NCBI GenBank assembly: GCA_965213925.1
Contig: OZ243927.1
Coordinates: 3,488,001-3,552,000 of the forward strand
Direction of reading: 5' to 3'
Length of the DNA stretch: 64,000 bases
From: Trueperaceae bacterium
GTDB lineage: Bacteria > Deinococcota > Deinococci > Deinococcales > Trueperaceae
Within the stretch, counting starts at the first letter, position 1; each line of letters begins with the position of its first letter. Below, in pieces: positions 56,729 through 64,000 of this stretch. The notes under the pieces were generated by a model that saw only the letters and a list, made by a program, of their open reading frames with translations, searched no databases and had not been told where the DNA came from. The position numbers and the translations under genes were made by a program.

Positions 56729-57496
56729 TTACTCTCCCCGGATAAGCTCCAAAACCTCCGGTAGTAACGTTTGCGACGTGCTCAGCGCCTCATTTCCGTA
56801 AATCGTCCCGTTCCCTGCCCAGTCGCCGAAGTACCCGCCCGCCTCGCGTAAGAGCGCGGGAAAGGGTCCGCAGTCCCAGGCGTTCATGACGGGGTCGAGC
56901 ATCAGCTCGACGCGCCCCGTCGCCACGAGCATGTGCCCGTAAGCGTCCGACCAGCCGACGCGGTACGCCGCCGTGTGGTAGATGCGCTGCCACGACGCGC
57001 CGCGCCCATAGCGCTCGAAGTTGCCCATGTCGGTAAACGAGACGGTGCTCTCTGCTAACGTCTCCGTCTGCATGACCTGCACGCGCCGCCCGTTGAGATA
57101 ACATCCCTCGCCCGTCGCTGCGTACGCCATCTCCCCCAAAGCTGGAAAATACGCGACGCCCACCTCGACTTTGCCCTCGATCTCCAAACCCATCAGCACG
57201 CCGTAGAGCGGCACGCCGCGCACGAACGACTTGGTCCCGTCGATGGGGTCGAGCAGCCAGCGGTGGCTTTCGCCCTCCTTCTCCTCAAACTCTTCGCCTA
57301 AAATGCCGTGCTCCGGGTACGCTTTTTCGATGCGGCGGCGCATGAGTTCTTCGGCTTGGCGGTCGGCGACCGTGACGGGCGTCTCGTCCTCTTTTATTTC
57401 AGGCTGGACGCCCCGGTCAAAGTAGCCGAGCGTGAGCTGACCGGCTTGGTAGGCAGTTTCAACAGCGAAGTCTAAAAAGTGTCGCAGTGGTGCCAT
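56729..57496 (-). CDS. Inositol monophosphatase family, HisN-like histidinol phosphatase
   Basis: PVTVAD, GEE, DPIDGTKSF and WD motifs. Confidence 0.88.
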   Translation of the reverse strand: MAPLRHFLDFAVETAYQAGQLTLGYFDRGVQPEIKEDETPVTVADRQAEELMRRRIEKAYPEHGILGEEFEEKEGESHRWLLDPIDGTKSFVRGVPLYGVLMGLEIEGKVEVGVAYFPALGEMAYAATGEGCYLNGRRVQVMQTETLAESTVSFTDMGNFERYGRGASWQRIYHTAAYRVGWSDAYGHMLVATGRVELMLDPVMNAWDCGPFPALLREAGGYFGDWAGNGTIYGNEALSTSQTLLPEVLELIRGE

Positions 57497-57566
57497 GCGT
57501 CTCTCCCTTGAATGCAGCTCTAAAGGGTGAGTATACCTCCCTTTGTGAAATTTAGGGCTCAGCACT

Positions 57567-57812
57567 GTCAGCTAAGAAATGAGTGATGTCATTCTGAACC
57601 CTACAGCGAGCTATAGGATAGACTCCACGAAGTGGAGCCCTTTACAGGATGGGCTTCGCCTGATGAAAGAATCTCTGACCTTGCTGACTCCTCTCGCAGA
57701 GATTGGAAAACGAGACCCTTACGCCTTCGCCGAAGCTTCGTGTCACTGCGTTCCCACTGGCTACTTCGTGAACAGGGTGACATCAGTAAGAAGGTACCAA
57801 TACTTAGTTGAT
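57567..57812. mobile_element. MITE/REP-like element, copy 3 (inverted, expanded)
   Basis: The reverse complement shares GAGGAGTCAGCAAGGTCAGAGATTCTTTCA with copy 1. Same terminal IRs, with extra insertions in both inner loops. Confidence 0.78.
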
Positions 57813-57938
57813 GGTGTATTCAGAAACGTAAGCCGACTTCTAACTGCAGAGGAGCGTTTCGGCTAATACTTTCCTTATGACACTAAAGACGCGCTCGAGC
57901 CCTAACCCGCCAAGAGGTCGAATCACAGGGACACATCT

Positions 57939-60900
57939 ATGATTAACTTAGTCGCCTTCTTCGTCCGGCGCTTCGTGCTCGCCATCAGCGTCTTTTTGTT
58001 CTCGCGATCTTCCTCTTCGGGCTCATCGGCTTTTTGAGCACGGGCATCAGCCTCTTGCCGGAGGTGGACATTCCCGTCGTGAGTGTGTCTACCGCGTATC
58101 CGGGCGCGAGCCCGACGGAGGTCGTGGAGCAAGTCAGCGAGCCGCTCGAGAGTGCGCTGACCTCCCTAGAAGGTCTCGACTCCATCTCGTCGACCTCGTC
58201 AGAGGGCTTTAGCTTGGTCATCATCAACTTCACCTCCGGCACCGACCCCGACCAAGCCGCCACGGATGTCAATCAGCAGGTCAGCGCGGTTGTCAATACG
58301 CTGCCCGACGACGCGGAGACCCCTTCGGTCGACACCTTCGACCCGAACGAGCAGCCGATCTTAGACGTGGCGGTTGCGGCAGAAGGCGAGTCCATCTCGG
58401 CGGTACAAACCTACGTCGAGGACGAGGTCGAGCTTGCCTTGCAGCGCACGGAGGGCGTCGCGGACGTTTCCATTATCAGCCCCGTCACGCAGCAGATCGA
58501 GGTGCTTTTAGACCCCGCCGCGCTGAGCGGCTTTAACCTGAGCCCGCAGGTGGTGGCGAGTGCGATTCGCTCATCCGCCGTGACCGTGCCCGCAGGCGAC
58601 TTGCGCGTGGACGACGAGCGCATCTTGCTGATTGGACGCAACACGCCCGCGAGCTTGGCGCAGGTCGAAGAGATTCCGGTGGACTTAGCGAGAGGTCTGC
58701 GCGTGCGCGACGTCGCCGTGGTGCGCGACGAGACGACCGACCAGGAGAGTTTCACCCGTTTGGACGGCACGCCCGTCGTCGTATTGGAGATTCGCAAGCG
58801 CTCGGGCGCGAACTCCGTGGCGACCGCAGACAGGGTGCGCGAGACGCTCGACGGGCTGAGCCTACCCGAGAACTACAGCGCAGAAATCGTCGGCGACGAA
58901 ACGGAGTTCATCGCCAACACGGTCTCGGCGACCTCATCGCAGATTTTCCTCGTCATCTTCATCGTGGCGTTCGTGGTGCTCATCTTCGTGGGCAACTTGG
59001 GCGCGGTCTTCTCGGTGATGCTGGCTGTTCCCATCTCGCTCGCGGGCGCACTTATCTTTTTCGACCTCTTGGGGTTCACCTTTAATATCATCACGCTTCT
59101 AGCCATAACGGTCGCCATCGGCATCGTCGTGGACGACTCGATTGTGATTGCGGAGAATATCACCCGTTTACGCGAACAAGGTCTGCGAGGACGCGAGGCA
59201 GTGATTCAAGGTGCGGGCGAGGTTTCGGCGGCGGTTCTAGCCTCGACGCTCTCGCTCCTAGCGGTCTTCTTGCCTATCTCTTTCTTACCGGGGCAAATCG
59301 GCGAGTTCTTCTCGCAGTTCGGACTCACGCTGGCGATTACGATCACGTTTTCGTATCTCGAGGCGCTCTTCTTCCTGACCGTGCGCATGGCGTATCTGCC
59401 GAACCCGCTGCCGCCGAGCTGGTCGCAGTTAGGCGGCGCGGCAGGTCGCATCGGGTCGGACGCGAAGGCGATTTTAGACACCTTGACGACGGTCTGGTTC
59501 TGGGTGCTCTTTGTGGTGGTCGGTGTCGCGCTCTACTTTGCGGGGTCGCGCCTTCCACTCCCGCTGCCCGATTGGGCGTATCCGCTGGGCACACTCCTCT
59601 TGCCGCTCCTGCTCTTTCTAGGGCTCTACTTGGGGCGTCTCATTCTCTTCTTTATAGGTGCGATTGCCCGCACTTTTTACGAGGCGGGCGATTGGCTCAT
59701 CACCAGGTTGCGCTCGGGCTACGGCTCGCTCCTTAACGTGTTGCTCGGCAACGCGGTGTTCGTGATGATCGGGGCGGTGGCGCTCTTTGCGAGCCTCTTT
59801 TTCGTCGCGCCGCGCTTAGGCTTTAACTTCACGCCGCCCATCGACTCGGGGCAGCTCAGCGTGTCGCTCGAGCTGCCCACCGGCACCAGCCTCACCGAAA
59901 CAAACCGCGTCACCAGCAACGTCGAGGGGGCACTTTTTGACGACCCGCTCGTGACGCGGGTGCTCTCGACTGTCGGCGCGCAGGGCAGCAGCCAGGGTCA
60001 AGCGACGGGCAACGCCAACGCGGAACGCGCAGAGCTTTTAGTCGAACTCGTCGGCAAAGACGAACGCCAGAAACAGACCGCAGAACTCGCCGTCGATTTC
60101 GAGTCCCGTTTAGAAGAGGTTTTAGCAGACGAGACGGGCGTGGACGTGAGCGTTTCCGCCGCGCAGCAAGCCGGACCGCCGGGCACAGCGGAATACCAGC
60201 TCGACTTAGGCTCGTCCGATCTGGAGTTGCTCCGCGAACGCACGAACGATGCCCTCACTATCCTCCGCGACACGCCCGGACTGCGCAACCCCGAGTCCAG
60301 CCTGAGCGAGACGGTGAGCGAACAGGTCTTCGTTGTGAACACCTCCGAACTCATCAGCGCGGGGCTTAGCGCGGAAGAGGTCTACGGCGCGCTGCGCGCC
60401 TACAACGTCGGGCTGGACGCCGCGCAGGTGCGCCGCGAGGGGGAGGAGTTTCCTATCCTCGTCCGGGCGGACCCGCTCGTCTTGGCGGATCAGCAGGCGC
60501 TCTTGTCGCTACCTGTCTTTCCACCCGCACAGAGCGCATCTCAGACGCAAGGGGGTCAAGGCGGCAGCGTACAACTCGGCACCTTGGGGCGCTTCGAGCA
60601 GCGCGAGGCTCCCTCCGCGATCGGTCGCACCAACCAGACCTTTTCCTCTACGATCACCGCGAGCACCGCGCCCGGCGGACCGCCTTTGAGCGAGATTCGC
60701 AGGGAGGTCGAGGAGACCTTGCAGCGCGAAGGCGTCGTAGACGAGCGTGTCACGCTCCTCTCGGGCACCGGACCCAACCTTACGGGCGATTTGCAGCGCG
60801 TCGCGCCCATCGCCTTCGGTCTGGCGCTCCTGCTCAACTATCTCGTCATCGCGAGCCAGTTCAACACCTTTCGCTACCCCTTGTACATCCTCCTCAGCGT

Positions 60901-61351
60901 GCCCTTGGCGCTCGTCGGGGCGATGTGGCTCTTCTATCTCACAGGCACCGCGCTTGACATCAACAGCGTGTTGGGCTTCGTCATCCTCATCGGCTTAGTC
61001 ACCAAAACGGCGATTCTCCTCCTTGACGTGGTGCAGTCGCGCCAGCAAGAGGGGGTGGACCTGCGCGAGGCGCTCGTCGAGGCGGGCAAGCTCCGCTTTC
61101 GCCCCATCCTGATGACGACATTGACCGTCATCGTCATCGGCTTGCCGCTCCTTTTAGGCGGCGGCGAGGGCAGCGAGTTCAGGCGACCTTTGGGGCTCGT
61201 CATTCTAGGCGGCGTGGTGAGTTCGTCCTTGCTCACGCTCTTCGTCGTGCCGGCGGCGTTTTACCTCTTCGAGCGCGGGCGCTTCGGGAAAACGCAAGAA
61301 GAGGAGCGGTCCGAACCTCGAGGTGAGTTGCGCGGGGTGAGCACGGATTAG
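57939..61351 (+). CDS. RND efflux permease (AcrB family) with a frameshift near the 5' end
   Basis: GIVVDDSIV and RFRPILMT motifs. The ATG at 57939 (MINLVAFFVRR) is out of frame with the main ORF, with the break near the T5 run at 57993. Confidence 0.88.
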
Positions 61352-61447
61352 CTCGAGCTTCGACCTCTTATCATTTGATAAGGCGTCGTGGCGCAAAGAG
61401 GTCTAAGCTGTCAGCAGGCTCCGGCCCATCACGAGAAGGGATTCAAT

Positions 61448-62305
61448 ATGAACGTAGGGTTTATCGGACTAGGCATTATGGGCAGCCGCATGGCGACGAA
61501 CCTCATGAAAGAGGGACACAACCTCACCGTCCACAACCGTACGAAGGAAAAAGCAGACGACCTCTTGACGAAGGGCGCAACCTGGGCGGACTCGCCCGCC
61601 GCCGTGGTGAAAGAAGTGGACGTCCTCATCACCATGCTCGCGCATCCTGAAGCGGTCGAAGAGACGGCGCTAGGCGACGGAGGCTTTTTGGACGCGGTGG
61701 AAGAGGGGCAACTGTGGGTAGACTCGAGCACCCTCAATCCCGCTTTCTCGAGGCGCATGGCGAAAGAGGCGACATCAAGAGGTCTCCGCTTCTTGGACGC
61801 GCCCGTCTTAGGTACGAAAGCCCCCGCCGCGAGTGGCGATTTGATATTTTTCGTCGGCGGAGATGAAGCGGACATTGAGCAAGTCCAACCGCTCTTCGAT
61901 GCAATGGGCAAAGGGACCAAGCACGTCGGCGACCACGGCATGGGCACTTCACTCAAGGTCGTCGTGAACCACATGCTCGCCACCTCGATGGCGGCGTTCG
62001 CCGAAGGGATGACGCTAGGGGAAGGACTCGGCGTGTCGCAAGAGGTCCTTTTCGACACGCTCATCGGCGGACCCGTCGTGCCTGCTTTTTTAGGGATGAA
62101 GCGAGCGGGGCTCGAGAAGGGTAACTACACCCCCGACTTTCCCCTCAAATGGATGCAAAAGGACATGCAGATGGTTTCGACTGCCGCGTACGATACGGGC
62201 GTGCCGATGCCCCTGGCGAACCTCACCAAAGAGCTTTACCAAGCTGCTGTCAAACGTGGACACGGCGACGAGGACTTCTCTGCGATCTACAAAGTTAAAG
62301 GCTAG
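61448..62305 (+). CDS. 3-hydroxyisobutyrate dehydrogenase/beta-hydroxyacid dehydrogenase family
   Basis: GFIGLGIMG, DAPVLG, K..VN and F.LKWMQKD motifs. Confidence 0.92.
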   Translation: MNVGFIGLGIMGSRMATNLMKEGHNLTVHNRTKEKADDLLTKGATWADSPAAVVKEVDVLITMLAHPEAVEETALGDGGFLDAVEEGQLWVDSSTLNPAFSRRMAKEATSRGLRFLDAPVLGTKAPAASGDLIFFVGGDEADIEQVQPLFDAMGKGTKHVGDHGMGTSLKVVVNHMLATSMAAFAEGMTLGEGLGVSQEVLFDTLIGGPVVPAFLGMKRAGLEKGNYTPDFPLKWMQKDMQMVSTAAYDTGVPMPLANLTKELYQAAVKRGHGDEDFSAIYKVKG

Positions 62306-62314
62306 CTTACAGTC

Positions 62315-62917
62315 ATGATGCAAACTAACCTTTTCGACCACATGAAGTTTGCTATGAAGGATTGGGTGGCGCTCACTGAGCGTCAGTGGCGCACGTTCGC
62401 GGCGATGTTTGAGGTGAAGACGCTCGAGGCTCCTGAGCATTTACACTACCCAGGCGACAAAGAGCACAAGCTCATCTTCGTAAGCAGCGGTCTCTTGCGT
62501 TTTTATTATCCCGGCGAGGACGGAAAAGAGTCTAATAAGGCGTTCTTAACCGAGGGTACGTTCGGCGGCGCATTGGCGGCGGCAGGGTTAGGACTACCTC
62601 TTATCTACGGCGTCGAGGCGTTAGAAGAGACCTCTTTGTTAGCGGCTGACCTCTCTGACCTCTTAGCGCTCTATGACGAACACCCCGTCTTCGACCGCTT
62701 CGGGCGTAAACTCGCCGAGCACATCTTGATGCGTAAAGAGGTGCGGATGCGTGCACTTCTTCAACAAACCGCGAAAGAACGTTACGCAGCCCTGCGGCAA
62801 ACAGAGCCCGAGCTAGTCAGGCGCGTGCCGCAGTATCACCTGGCGTCTTATTTGGGCGTGACGGAGGCGTCGCTCTCGAGGCTCAAACGCGAGCTTGCGG
62901 ACGCGCACTATGCGTAG
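62315..62917 (+). CDS. Crp/Fnr family regulator
   Basis: GLLRFYY...G.E and VPQYHLASYLGVTEASLSR motifs. Confidence 0.9.
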   Translation: MMQTNLFDHMKFAMKDWVALTERQWRTFAAMFEVKTLEAPEHLHYPGDKEHKLIFVSSGLLRFYYPGEDGKESNKAFLTEGTFGGALAAAGLGLPLIYGVEALEETSLLAADLSDLLALYDEHPVFDRFGRKLAEHILMRKEVRMRALLQQTAKERYAALRQTEPELVRRVPQYHLASYLGVTEASLSRLKRELADAHYA

Positions 62918-62950
62918 CATCTACCAACGAGCCCTTCTCATTACGCCGTC

Positions 62951-62989
62951 GTAGGGGCACAGGTAAATTACTGTATGAATCGCCCCTAC
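62951..62989. repeat. GTAG-type REP, variant copy
   Basis: GTAGGGGC...ATGAATCGCCCCTAC. Confidence 0.75.
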
Positions 62990-63034
62990 ACCGCGCTGCC
63001 TACCCATGTAGACGAGATTGCCCCGCTTCGTTCT

Positions 63035-63997
63035 TCACGAATTCGCGTAGGTCAGCCAATCGGTAAACTCAGGAATCTCACCCCGCGTCGCCTTGAGGTA
63101 GGTCTCGCGCATCTTAAGCGAGTACTCACCCGCTTTACCCGTCCCGATAGGACGGCGGTCAATACTCGCTATCGGCGTGACCTCGGCGGCGGTTCCCACC
63201 ATAAAGATTTCGTCCGCAATATAGAGTTCGTCTCTGGTCGCCATCGTCGCCTCGACGGGTGTGCCCATCCACTTGGCAAGTTTAACCACGGAATCACGGG
63301 TGATGCCGCGCAAGTTGACCGAATGCGCAATCGGGAAGAGCGTCCCGTTTTTGAGAAAGAAGATGTTCTCGCCTGAACCCTCCGCCACAAAGCCCTCTTT
63401 GTCGAGTAGCAGCGCCTCGTCAAAGCCGCCCTGCCGCGCCTCCTGGTTCGCCAAAACCGAATTGATATAGTTGCCGCCCGCTTTGGACTTGGTCGGCATC
63501 ACGTCGCCGGGGCTCCTGCGCCACGAACTCGTCATGAGTCGCGCGCCGTTTTTGATGGCTTCTTCGCCTAAGTAGACGCCCCAGGGCATCGTCGCCACCA
63601 TGAAGTGCACCTTGTTCTTGCCGGGGTTGACGCCCAGAGACTCCGCGCCGTACCAGAGCAGCGGGCGGATGTAGCAAGACTTGCGCTCGTTTCGGCGGAT
63701 GGTCTCTAAAATCGCCTCGTTGATCTCCTCAACTGAATAAGGCGAGTCCATGCCGATGATTTTGGCGGAGTCGATGAGCCTTTGCGAATGCTCCTGCAAG
63801 CGGAAGACCGCCGCGCCCTTTTCAGTTTCATACGCGCGGATGCCTTCGAAGACGCTCGTGCCGTAGTGCATGGCGTGGGTCAATACTGAAACTTTGGCTT
63901 CAGACTCGGGCATCAGTTCGCCGTCGAACCAGATTAAGCCTGCATCTAATGCTGAGGTGCTGGCGGGGGCGTTTTTTTCGGTCATGGGGACTGTCAT
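63035..63997 (-). CDS. ilvE: Branched-chain amino acid aminotransferase
   Basis: HYGTSVFEG, KAGGNY, EGSGENIF, GITR and GTAAEV motifs. Confidence 0.96.
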   Translation of the reverse strand: MTVPMTEKNAPASTSALDAGLIWFDGELMPESEAKVSVLTHAMHYGTSVFEGIRAYETEKGAAVFRLQEHSQRLIDSAKIIGMDSPYSVEEINEAILETIRRNERKSCYIRPLLWYGAESLGVNPGKNKVHFMVATMPWGVYLGEEAIKNGARLMTSSWRRSPGDVMPTKSKAGGNYINSVLANQEARQGGFDEALLLDKEGFVAEGSGENIFFLKNGTLFPIAHSVNLRGITRDSVVKLAKWMGTPVEATMATRDELYIADEIFMVGTAAEVTPIASIDRRPIGTGKAGEYSLKMRETYLKATRGEIPEFTDWLTYANS

Positions 63998-64000
63998 AAA

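Noticed and set aside
57579..57866. 95-aa ORF
   Set aside because: It lies almost wholly within MITE-like copy 3 and has no protein features.

Overview
A 64 kb chromosomal window from a moderately GC-rich bacterium, most likely Deinococcota (Truepera-like). This assignment is inferred from the DUF3248/DUF3809-like gene pair, the many leaderless-type starts and overall protein style; no database search was run. Housekeeping genes include dnaX-ybaB-recR, topA, tRNA-Ile(GAT), ispH, pgm, gap-pgk, phoBR/phoU, mnmE, lon, ilvE and a dpp/opp ABC transporter. Small accessory patches include two decayed IS630 elements, orphan antitoxins, an AT-rich STAND-like ATPase, and genes inserted into a cstA-CC*-arsA operon. 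The main observations are: (1) dnaX carries a complete E. coli-style -1 frameshift cassette with reversed logic, where standard decoding gives the short 504-aa form and the shift gives a ~755-aa form; (2) TopA ends in a sigma70 region-4-like HTH; (3) duplicated junction scars record how the cstA operon accumulated inserts; (4) a three-copy nested-hairpin MITE-like family is present, along with GTAG REPs and heptamer hairpins; (5) there are candidate ATC and CTG start codons, Pho boxes and a leader uORF. No CRISPR array or rRNA was seen. All family assignments come from motif recognition by eye.
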